A stretch of 64,000 nucleotides of DNA from Calditrichales bacterium (GTDB lineage: Bacteria > Calditrichota > Calditrichia > Calditrichales > J004). The notes under the pieces are model-generated. The model had not been told where the DNA came from. It worked only from the letters and a program-made list of their open reading frames with translations, and did not search any database. Shown here piece by piece: positions 56,931-64,000 of this stretch (positions within the stretch are counted from its first letter, which is position 1; each line of letters starts with the position of its first letter). The translations under genes and the position numbers were made by a program. The DNA lies in assembly GCA_965267575.1 (NCBI GenBank), contig OZ254086.1:2976001-3040000 (forward strand), read 5' to 3'.

Positions 56931-58243
56931 TTTTTCTCTTTAACGGCGGCGTTAAAAACACTCAGCGCCCGTTCCCTGGCAAATTTATGCTCCACCATTG
57001 GGTCGGGGTAATCTCCACTTTCCATTTCTTTTACCCAGTTTTGAACGTATTCGTTTTTGGGATCAAATTTTTCAGCCTGCGTCCAGGGGTTAAAAATGCG
57101 GAAGTAAGGTGCCGCATCACAGCCGCAGCCTGCCGCCCACTGCCAGTTGCCGTTGTTGGATGCCAGTTCGTAATCCAGCAGTTTGCGGGCAAAATAGCGC
57201 TCACCCCAGCGCCAGTCTATCAGCAGGTGCTTGGTTAAAAAACTTGCCGTAATCATACGCACGCGATTGTGCATAAACCCGGTTTCGTTCAGTTGGCGCA
57301 TGCCGGCATCCACGATCGGGTAGCCCGTTTTGCCGTCGCACCAGCGCTGGAAATCTTCTTCATCGTCACGCCAGTTGATGCCCTGGTATTTCTCACGAAA
57401 CGGCTTGTTTACTACATAAGGATAGTGGTACAGGATCATCATGAAAAACTCGCGCCAGATCAGCTCACTTAGCCAGGTATCATTCAATTCCTGAGCTTTA
57501 CGTACCATTTCCCGGATACTCACCGTGCCGAAGCGCAGGTGCAGACCGATATGCGTCGTGCCTTTTATGTCCGGCCGGTTGCGTTGCTCATCATACTTTT
57601 TGATGATTTTTTCGTCAGGCCGCGCCGCAGGAAAATCAAACGGACTTTCACTAAAGCCCATCTGCTCCAGCGTTGGGGTCTCCGGAAATTTCTGCTTTAT
57701 GATATTTTCCAGGTTCTGTTCGCTGGAGAAAGGCTTCAGGTCTGCCGCCCGCAGTTTGTTCTCCCAGCTTTTGCGGTAGGGCGTATAAACTGTGTAGGGT
57801 TTTCCCTGTCCTGTCAGTATTTCGCTTTTTTCAAAAATAACCTGGTCTTTGAAGGTGTGAAATGCGGCCCCTTTTTCAAGGCACAGTTGTTTTATCCGAG
57901 CGTCGCGCTTTATGGCGTAAGGCTCATAATCATGGTTGGTAAAAACCGCGCGGATATTGTATTCGTTCAACAAATCGCGCCAGACGTTTTCAGGCGTACC
58001 GTAACGCACAAGCAAATCGCGGCCCTCTTTGCGCAGGTCGTCTCGCATTTTTTCAACGGTTTGGTGTATAAAGAGTACACGTTTGTCATCGCGCTCTTGC
58101 AGGTCTTTGAGTATGTCGTAATCAAAAATAAACAGGGGAATCACAGGCAGATTGCTTTTCAGGGCGCGGTAAAGTCCGTGGTTGTCAAACAGCCGCAAAT
58201 CGCGCCGGAACCAGAATACGGAGTGGTATGTCGGATTGCTCAT
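56927..58243 (-). CDS. phr: Deoxyribodipyrimidine photo-lyase (CPD photolyase)
   Basis: WFRRDLRLFDN, ELIWREF, GKTGYPIVDAGMRQL, MHNRVRM, NNGNWQW, FRIFNP. Confidence 0.93.
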   Translation of the reverse strand: MSNPTYHSVFWFRRDLRLFDNHGLYRALKSNLPVIPLFIFDYDILKDLQERDDKRVLFIHQTVEKMRDDLRKEGRDLLVRYGTPENVWRDLLNEYNIRAVFTNHDYEPYAIKRDARIKQLCLEKGAAFHTFKDQVIFEKSEILTGQGKPYTVYTPYRKSWENKLRAADLKPFSSEQNLENIIKQKFPETPTLEQMGFSESPFDFPAARPDEKIIKKYDEQRNRPDIKGTTHIGLHLRFGTVSIREMVRKAQELNDTWLSELIWREFFMMILYHYPYVVNKPFREKYQGINWRDDEEDFQRWCDGKTGYPIVDAGMRQLNETGFMHNRVRMITASFLTKHLLIDWRWGERYFARKLLDYELASNNGNWQWAAGCGCDAAPYFRIFNPWTQAEKFDPKNEYVQNWVKEMESGDYPDPMVEHKFARERALSVFNAAVKEKN

Positions 58244-58362
58244 AAGCTTTTTTGGCGTTGTCTAACCGCGGAGCAATCTAAATATTCCATCAACGGCACG
58301 CCAATTCCATATTCGTGTTGGGGATGATGTCATAAGCGAGTTAAGAAAAATCGTTCGCGCAA

Positions 58363-58851
58363 CTATCGCTGCAGTTCCGCCAGCAGGTCTTCCAAATCCA
58401 GACGTCGAGTGTACATATTCAGCGAGCCGTCGCTGTTGCGCGGCCATTTCTCCGGCGGTCTGTCACAATATAACTCAACGCCGTTTTTATCAGGGTCATC
58501 CAAATACAGCGCTTCGGAGACGCCATGATCAGAGGCGCCGGTCAAAGGATAATTTGCATCCAGAAGGCGTTTTAGAATAACAGCCAGGTCCTTGCGGGTG
58601 GGGTAGAGGATTGCTGTGTGAAAAAGCCCCGTGGCATTTTTGGCGGGCAGCGGACCGTTTTTGCTGAACCAGGTATTAAGCCCGATATGATGATGGTAGC
58701 CTCCGGCGGAGATAAATGCGGCGTCTTTGCCGTAGGTGGTCATCAGTTCGAAACCAAGTAAGTCACAATAAAACTCCAGCGCCCGCTGCAGGTCGGCCAC
58801 CTTTAGATGCACATGCCCGATGCGGGTTTGTGGTGGTATTTTGTAGGTCAT
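58363..58851 (-). CDS. VOC family protein (CatE-like)
   Basis: IGHVHLKV, AGGYHHHIGLNTW, DHGVSEALYLDDPDKNGVELY. Confidence 0.88.
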   Translation of the reverse strand: MTYKIPPQTRIGHVHLKVADLQRALEFYCDLLGFELMTTYGKDAAFISAGGYHHHIGLNTWFSKNGPLPAKNATGLFHTAILYPTRKDLAVILKRLLDANYPLTGASDHGVSEALYLDDPDKNGVELYCDRPPEKWPRNSDGSLNMYTRRLDLEDLLAELQR

Positions 58852-58934
58852 GTCTAGAATTTGTTTTTAATGAAAAGTATTTTAACACCGATTATGGCGG
58901 GCAAAATTCCTTTAGTTTTTTGAAATGGCTTTAG

Positions 58935-59027
58935 CGAAATAGTATCGACCTGTGTTATATTATTACCGTATATGAGCCAGACAGAAAGGTCTGGGAGAGT
59001 GATTTTAAAACCAGGAGAAAAACATGA
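58935..59027 (+). pseudogene. 3' remnant of a DUF4258 (putative toxin) gene
   Basis: Frame reads RNSIDLCYIITVYEPDRKVWESDFKTRRKT* after an in-frame TAG at 58932, with no ATG; its stop overlaps the next ATG (ATGA). Confidence 0.6.
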
Positions 59028-59248
59028 ACTGTGTTATCTGTAAACAGGGCAGTACAAATCCCGGTCTCGTTACAGTAACGCTGCAACGGGGAACTACAAC
59101 GGTCATTTTCAAAGAAGTTCCGGCGGACGTATGTGAGAATTGCGGTGAATACTATTTGTTGGAGGAGATTACTGAAAAGTTACTTGAACGTGCAGAGGAA
59201 GCCGTATCCAAAGGCGCTGAAGTAGAAATTCTTAAATTTGCTGCATAA
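59024..59248 (+). CDS. YgiT-type zinc-finger protein (MqsA-like antitoxin family)
   Basis: MNCVICK...VPADVCENCGE; AGGAG RBS. Confidence 0.85.
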   Translation: MNCVICKQGSTNPGLVTVTLQRGTTTVIFKEVPADVCENCGEYYLLEEITEKLLERAEEAVSKGAEVEILKFAA

Positions 59249-59439
59249 TGGCATACAAAATGAATTTACCCCATTTAAAAATTTGGTTGTCATTCGATTA
59301 GAAATTTTTAATTAAATCAACATGCTCATTTGGTTACGGGCTTATCAATATTTTTGTTATTGGTTTGATGATGGATTACGACTCATCAATAATAGCAAAA
59401 GGATTTCGAAAAGAACAGGTTTTGTTCCAAATAAATAAG

Positions 59440-60441
59440 CTATAATTCAAACATCTGGTAAACGTCACTAACCCCAAACCCCTTCTCCAAAACCGTGTTA
59501 TATTGAACGCTCTCCTCGTCCAACAGCGCATTGGTGTGGTTAAAATGGATAAAATGAATCTTCTTTTTGTCTGCCGCTGAGAGCGACTCAAACAAATCCA
59601 TGCTCTCTACCACAAAAGGGTGGGGTACCTGCGACATATCACGCAGGTTCAGTTCGTTTCCGTCAAAAAATGTGGCGTCGAGAAAGGCATAATCCACATT
59701 ACGGATCTCCTGTACGATGGAGCGCTCCCATTTTTCCCATTTGTCGATATCAGGGATAAACAGCGCCTTCTTGTTGGGGCCTTCAATGCGGTAGCCGACG
59801 GTCTCGGAATATTCATCGCGGTGCGGTACCGGCAGCGGCGTAACACGTATATTGGGAGAAAGCGCAATGCTGCTGTCGGCCTGGTGCGGCATCATGGCAA
59901 TGTTTTTCTTGCCGACAAGCTGGTCCCACGGACCGTTGTTTTCTAGAAACCGCTTCATACGTGGCATGGCGTATACCGGAACGGATGACGCATTCATTGA
60001 CTCAAAGCCCAGATACATCAGTCCGGCATAATGACCAATATGAGCGTGGGTAAGAAAAATAGCGGCCGGGGTTTGGGCTGCGTCGAACGGGGAGGCTTTA
60101 TGCAGCATTTTCATCTGTCGCGGCAGGTCGGGCGTGGCTTCAAACAGGGCATTCACTTCATACGCAGGATCTACAACACCTAAAGCAACCACCATACGGC
60201 CGGGATCGGGATTTTTGAACAGGCCGTCGCAACACGCCCCGGTGCATGCTGCATGCGGTGCTCCGGCATCCTGTAGTGTCCCCAGGACAATCAAAAAGGG
60301 TTGCTCTTTGTCTGCCGGCTTTTCGCTGCTCAAAGCACTGCCTCCAAGCAACAAAAGAATCGCAACAACCAGCCGGACGCTTTGCGCCTTAGAATTCCGC
60401 TTACTCTTTTTTATCCTGCTCTTCTTTCTGCACTTCTTCAA
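59440..60441 (-). CDS. PqqB-like metallo-beta-lactamase fold hydrolase
   Basis: LGTLQDAG, FLTHAHIGHY, VPHRDE, FIPDIDKW, DATF, IHFNHTN; start codon uncertain. Confidence 0.78.
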   Translation of the reverse strand: MKKCRKKSRIKKSKRNSKAQSVRLVVAILLLLGGSALSSEKPADKEQPFLIVLGTLQDAGAPHAACTGACCDGLFKNPDPGRMVVALGVVDPAYEVNALFEATPDLPRQMKMLHKASPFDAAQTPAAIFLTHAHIGHYAGLMYLGFESMNASSVPVYAMPRMKRFLENNGPWDQLVGKKNIAMMPHQADSSIALSPNIRVTPLPVPHRDEYSETVGYRIEGPNKKALFIPDIDKWEKWERSIVQEIRNVDYAFLDATFFDGNELNLRDMSQVPHPFVVESMDLFESLSAADKKKIHFIHFNHTNALLDEESVQYNTVLEKGFGVSDVYQMFEL

Positions 60442-60946
60442 ACTTAGCTTTGTCGATGCGGTAAAAAACTGTCAGCCGCTCGTTCTGCCGGCTGGTTTCT
60501 ACGTGACGCATGCGCAGGCGCTGGGCCACTTTGTGCGATGCGCTGTTTGGCTTGTCCATGGCCGCCAGCAGAAAGGGAAATTTAAGCGTGTTGAAAGCAT
60601 AGGCCATCACTTCGCGCGACGCTTCCGTGGCATAACCCTGCCCGGTAAATTCTTCTTTCAGCGCGTAAACCAGCTGCGGTAACGGCTCGTTAAAGAAAAA
60701 CCACAACCCGGCATAGCCGATCACATCGCCGCTTTCCTTTAAAACGATCTTCCAAAGACCGTAATTGCTCTCATTGAACAGTTCCTCGTTACGCTCCAGC
60801 ATTGACTCCGATTCTTCCGGATCGATTACTTCGTCGTCCCAAAGATATTTGCGTACAAATGCGTCGGTATTCATGGCGTGGAAAAGCGTCACGTCTTCCA
60901 GGGTCAAAGGCGCGAGATTTAAACGGTCGGTTTGTAATTCCATCAT
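60401..60946 (-). CDS. GNAT family N-acetyltransferase (RimJ/RimL-like)
   Basis: LQTDRL.L, GQGYATEA, NSASHKVAQRL. Confidence 0.85.
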   Translation of the reverse strand: MMELQTDRLNLAPLTLEDVTLFHAMNTDAFVRKYLWDDEVIDPEESESMLERNEELFNESNYGLWKIVLKESGDVIGYAGLWFFFNEPLPQLVYALKEEFTGQGYATEASREVMAYAFNTLKFPFLLAAMDKPNSASHKVAQRLRMRHVETSRQNERLTVFYRIDKAKFEEVQKEEQDKKE

Positions 60947-61072
60947 GCTTTTGTCTTTTGTTTAGATTTAAATTGCCAATGCCAAATATAGTGTATAAAG
61001 GCATCTTCTTCGAGTGCAGCTACAATAGCGGTAAATTATGATATTTGAAGGAAAAAATCAGGTGGAGTCAAT

Positions 61073-61100
61073 AAAAAAAGGCCGTCCTTGTGGACGGCCT
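61073..61100 (-). terminator. Rho-independent terminator after yceI
   Basis: Minus strand AGGCCGTCC-ACAA-GGACGGCCT followed by a T-run. Confidence 0.8.
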
Positions 61101-61124
61101 CTTATGCGGAGAGTATGAAACGAA

Positions 61125-61709
61125 CTATTTGTCTTTAACGAATTGGGCTTCGATAATAATTTCCACATCATCAGAAACGACTAATCCACCGCTGTCAAGC
61201 GTGTTATTCCAGCGCACATTGTAATCCTGGCGATTAATAGTGGTGCTGCCTTCGATACCGATGCGCGTATTGCCCCAGGGATCCTGTACAGGTCCGTTCA
61301 CAATAAAGGGCATTTCAACCTGACGCGTTACATCACGGATGGTCAGATTGCCGATGGCTTTATAGCCGTCTTCGGTTTTTTCTACTTTGTTGGCTACGAA
61401 TTTGATTTCCGGAAATTGCTCGGCATTAAAGAAATCATCACTGCGCAGGTGATCGTCGCGCTTTTGGTTGTCTGTATCAATGCTGGCCGTTTCAATATTG
61501 GCACTGGCCATAAAATCATTCAGATTGTTTTGGTCAAACTTAAGCGATGCGTCAAAGCCGTTAAATTTACCACGCACGGTTGTTACAACCATGTGTGTCA
61601 CTTTAAAGCCCACGCTGGTGTGCGACTTATCCACGGTGTAGGTGTCGGACGCAAATAGTTCAGTTGCGGCGAACACAATCAAAAATAAAACAAAAGAAAT
61701 ACGCTTCAT
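61125..61709 (-). CDS. yceI: YceI family protein
   Basis: YTVDKSHTSVGF.V.H, SIDTDNQKRDDHLRS.DFF, GNLTIRDVT; start ATG 61709 with AGGAGG RBS. Confidence 0.9.
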   Translation of the reverse strand: MKRISFVLFLIVFAATELFASDTYTVDKSHTSVGFKVTHMVVTTVRGKFNGFDASLKFDQNNLNDFMASANIETASIDTDNQKRDDHLRSDDFFNAEQFPEIKFVANKVEKTEDGYKAIGNLTIRDVTRQVEMPFIVNGPVQDPWGNTRIGIEGSTTINRQDYNVRWNNTLDSGGLVVSDDVEIIIEAQFVKDK

Positions 61710-61778
61710 GATAAAGCCTCCTGTTGGTTTAGTTGTTTTTAGAAAAAAGTTAATAACCATATGTGCTGAAAAAACATT

Positions 61779-62240
61779 TCAATAGGTCTTCAAAATTTTT
61801 GCGCAAATTGCAATAAGCCGATCCATCTCTTCTTCACCCATAAAATCTTCAAACTCCTTCTGGAATTGCTTAACAGGCTGATCCAGCAGGGCCAGGCTTT
61901 GCAGGCCTTTTTCAGTTATCTGGGCCACGGAAAGGCGGCGATCGTTTTTGTCGCGCATGCGCCGCACATAGCCCATGCTGATAAGCCGATCCAGCAGGCG
62001 CGTAATATCCGGAGCCCGTTCTACCATGCGCAATTGTATCTCGCAGCGCGGATAGCCATCGGGTTGACCGCCACGCAGGATGCGCAGGATGTTAAACTGG
62101 GCAACGGAGAGACCATGGTCTTTGCATACCTGGTTCATTTGCTCGCGCAACAAGGAAGAAGCACTAAACAAATGCAATAATCCTGATTGACCCTTGCTTT
62201 CAAATTTGCTTTGCTTGATGCGCTCTTTCAGTTCCGACAT
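61779..62240 (-). CDS. MarR family transcriptional regulator
   Basis: LSVAQFNILRILRG, DITRLLDRL, DRR...ITEKG. Confidence 0.9.
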   Translation of the reverse strand: MSELKERIKQSKFESKGQSGLLHLFSASSLLREQMNQVCKDHGLSVAQFNILRILRGGQPDGYPRCEIQLRMVERAPDITRLLDRLISMGYVRRMRDKNDRRLSVAQITEKGLQSLALLDQPVKQFQKEFEDFMGEEEMDRLIAICAKILKTY

Positions 62241-62262
62241 GTTTTATCTCTTCCTTAGATGC

Positions 62263-62308
62263 GTGTTACAACACACAATATAATGGCAATATTTCCGTGT
62301 TGCAACAC
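62263..62308. promoter_or_regulatory. Two palindromic putative MarR operators
   Basis: GTGTTACAACAC (62263-62274) and perfect palindrome GTGTTGCAACAC (62297-62308) just upstream of marR. Confidence 0.65.
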
Positions 62309-62395
62309 ATATTTTAAAAAAACTTGATCCTGATCCTGTTTAAAACTCTTACTTTATCATTAAAGGGGAAGGTGGTCGCCCTCAAAAAAAGTGTG

Positions 62396-63256
62396 CTACA
62401 AAAAAGTATAGGAAAGTCCCAAAGCCAGCGTCTGCTTGATCTGTCGTTTGTAATAAACGTCTTTGTCGTACAGGATGCGGTAATTGAAAGTAACGATCAG
62501 CAGCTCGGACAGGCTGGAACTAAGCGTATTATTCCAATTTATGTCCACTTCACTCAGTGCTTCCAGGTTGGAAAAAAACTCAATGTTGGATTCGTAAACA
62601 ATCCGTTCGCTGAGCTTCATATTAATGTCTGTTACCGATTCCAGGCCGACTTCGTTTTTAAAGGTTTCAGTTTTTTCGGTTGCCGGGTCGTCGGCGTAAG
62701 GCACGGGGTAATTGCGTGTGATTGTTTGCTTGAGGGCTGCACCAAACCGGGTAATAAAATGTTCCGACGGCCGCAGGCCAAAACCGCTGCTTTCAACGAG
62801 ATAAGCAGGATCAAACCAGTCGGAAACCGGGGTTTTTGTTTTGCCGCCTCGATCGTATTTGTAGCCGCGTGTAAACTGTGACTGAAAGGTAAGTGCCGTG
62901 TAGGGATTGGGATCCATGCCCAATTTGAAGGTGTATACGCTTTCAAGCTTCAGCTCATCGGAAGCTTTTCTTTCCATCTGACGGGCCACCTTACTTTTGC
63001 CGAAGTTGAGCTGCGCTTTATTGACCCAGCGGTATTTGTCCTCGTTTTTTTCAAACCGGCCCTTGATATTGATATTCCAGTTCCACGAATTGTTACCGTC
63101 TTTTTGCCAGTCTGTATAACGATTCTGTGTAAAGCTAAGTGTTCCTTTTAGCTGGTTTTCCCAGCCTTTGGGGGTAGTGTCCGCATTCCCGCCGGAAGCA
63201 TTGAGACAAAATACAAAAATAAACATCAGGAGAGCTACTTCCCTGTACAAAACCAC
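62396..63256 (-). CDS. DUF3078 family outer-membrane protein
   Basis: LSFTQ..Y.DWQKDG, KASDEL, FQSQF..GY, DINWNN, QIKQTLALGLSYTF. Confidence 0.82.
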   Translation of the reverse strand: MVLYREVALLMFIFVFCLNASGGNADTTPKGWENQLKGTLSFTQNRYTDWQKDGNNSWNWNINIKGRFEKNEDKYRWVNKAQLNFGKSKVARQMERKASDELKLESVYTFKLGMDPNPYTALTFQSQFTRGYKYDRGGKTKTPVSDWFDPAYLVESSGFGLRPSEHFITRFGAALKQTITRNYPVPYADDPATEKTETFKNEVGLESVTDINMKLSERIVYESNIEFFSNLEALSEVDINWNNTLSSSLSELLIVTFNYRILYDKDVYYKRQIKQTLALGLSYTFL

Positions 63257-63354
63257 GATACGCTCCTTGTATCTATGTTATAACCTTAAAGGGGAAATTT
63301 AACGAAGTGAAAAAATTGCTGCAAACGGAAATAGGCTTTTAATATTGCTGGAAC

Positions 63355-63382
63355 AAAAAAAGGCGGTCCAGGAAGACCGCCT
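63355..63382 (-). terminator. Rho-independent terminator
   Basis: Minus strand AGGCGGTC-TTCCTG-GACCGCCT followed by a T-run. Confidence 0.75.
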
Positions 63383-63402
63383 AATAATTTGAAGGATATT
63401 TC

Positions 63403-64000
63403 TTACAGGAATGTATAGGAAAGGCCTACGGCCAGTGTCTGCTTGATCTGGCGTTTTATGGAAATATCGCTGTCATAATAAAGCCTGAAGTTGAAGCTCA
63501 CCTTGATCAGTTCGGAAACCTTGGCCGAGAAGGTATTGTCCCAGTTGACATCCACGTTCTTTATGGCGCTGATGTCGCTGAACAGCTCCAGTTTGCTGTT
63601 ATAGAGAATACGTTCGCTCAACGGCATGTTCAGTTCCGATACCGACTCGGCACCGACTTCGCTGCGCAGGTCTTCAATAGTATCCTTTGTATCCGGGTCG
63701 TTTGCGTAACCAAATTTCTTATCACTTATGGTTTGCTTAAAGGCCACACCAAGCCGGGTTTTAAATATGTCGCTTGGTTTGTACCCGGCGCCAAAGCTTT
63801 CTGTGATGTACAGAGGATCAAAAGCCGTGGATGTTTTTACCTTTGGCGTTACATCGTAGTTAAAGCCATCATCAAACTGGGTTTCCGCTCTTATGGCGGC
63901 ATACGGATTGATCAATTGGGTCAGTTTATAGGTATAGACAGATTCCAGTTTGATTTCATCAGCGGCTTTGCGCGCCGATGCATCGCCCACTTTGGTTTTG
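63403..64000 (-). CDS. DUF3078 family outer-membrane protein (5' end outside the window)
   Basis: RKAADEIKLESVYTY...QIKQTLAVGLSYTFL, paralogous to the downstream gene. Confidence 0.82.
   Translation of the reverse strand, partial: KTKVGDASARKAADEIKLESVYTYKLTQLINPYAAIRAETQFDDGFNYDVTPKVKTSTAFDPLYITESFGAGYKPSDIFKTRLGVAFKQTISDKKFGYANDPDTKDTIEDLRSEVGAESVSELNMPLSERILYNSKLELFSDISAIKNVDVNWDNTFSAKVSELIKVSFNFRLYYDSDISIKRQIKQTLAVGLSYTFL

Noticed and set aside
57539..58327. 262-aa plus-strand ORF and other short alternative-frame ORFs across the window
   Set aside because: Antisense or out-of-frame to well-supported genes, with no motifs.
1..64000. tRNA, rRNA, riboswitch, IS element or prophage
   Set aside because: None recognised by eye; Infernal and tRNAscan-SE runs would be needed to exclude small RNAs.

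Overview
Bacterial chromosomal window of about 50% GC (estimated by eye), densely coding. No rRNA, tRNA, CRISPR array, transposase or integrase was recognised. Several features point to an FCB-related lineage such as Calditrichota, KSB1 or Ignavibacteria (inference only): secreted proteins ending in a YPNPFN-type C-terminal domain, DUF3078 barrels, and an ECF sigma with a hydrophobic tail. Main blocks: (1) 0.5-5.2 kb, cell-wall hydrolases (signal-less Amidase_2 plus a coupled TM/coiled-coil protein, and a large secreted NlpC/P60 protein), followed by a baeRF release-factor-like gene. (2) 7-14 kb, a multi-PAS hybrid kinase and housekeeping genes. (3) 15.6-23.1 kb, an ECF sigma/FecR/TonB-receptor module divergent from a secreted 4x-repeat DUF4397 protein; both directions carry the same ECF-like promoter motif. 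(4) 28.2-44.8 kb, a short-chain carboxylate (acetate/propionate) locus: sigma-54 activator, two palindromic enhancers and a -24/-12 promoter, porin, SSS permease with small subunit, two acyl-CoA synthetases and a cNMP-CBS-DUF294 nucleotidyltransferase. Converging on these is an operon of small protein, SLC5-STAC histidine kinase, stand-alone receiver and a membrane pseudo-kinase fused to an intact DEDDh nuclease domain; this is the best candidate for an uncharacterised signalling system. (5) 45-64 kb, mostly minus-strand accessory genes, two photolyases, an orphan YgiT-type antitoxin behind a toxin remnant, marR-yceI with two operator palindromes, and tandem DUF3078 genes.
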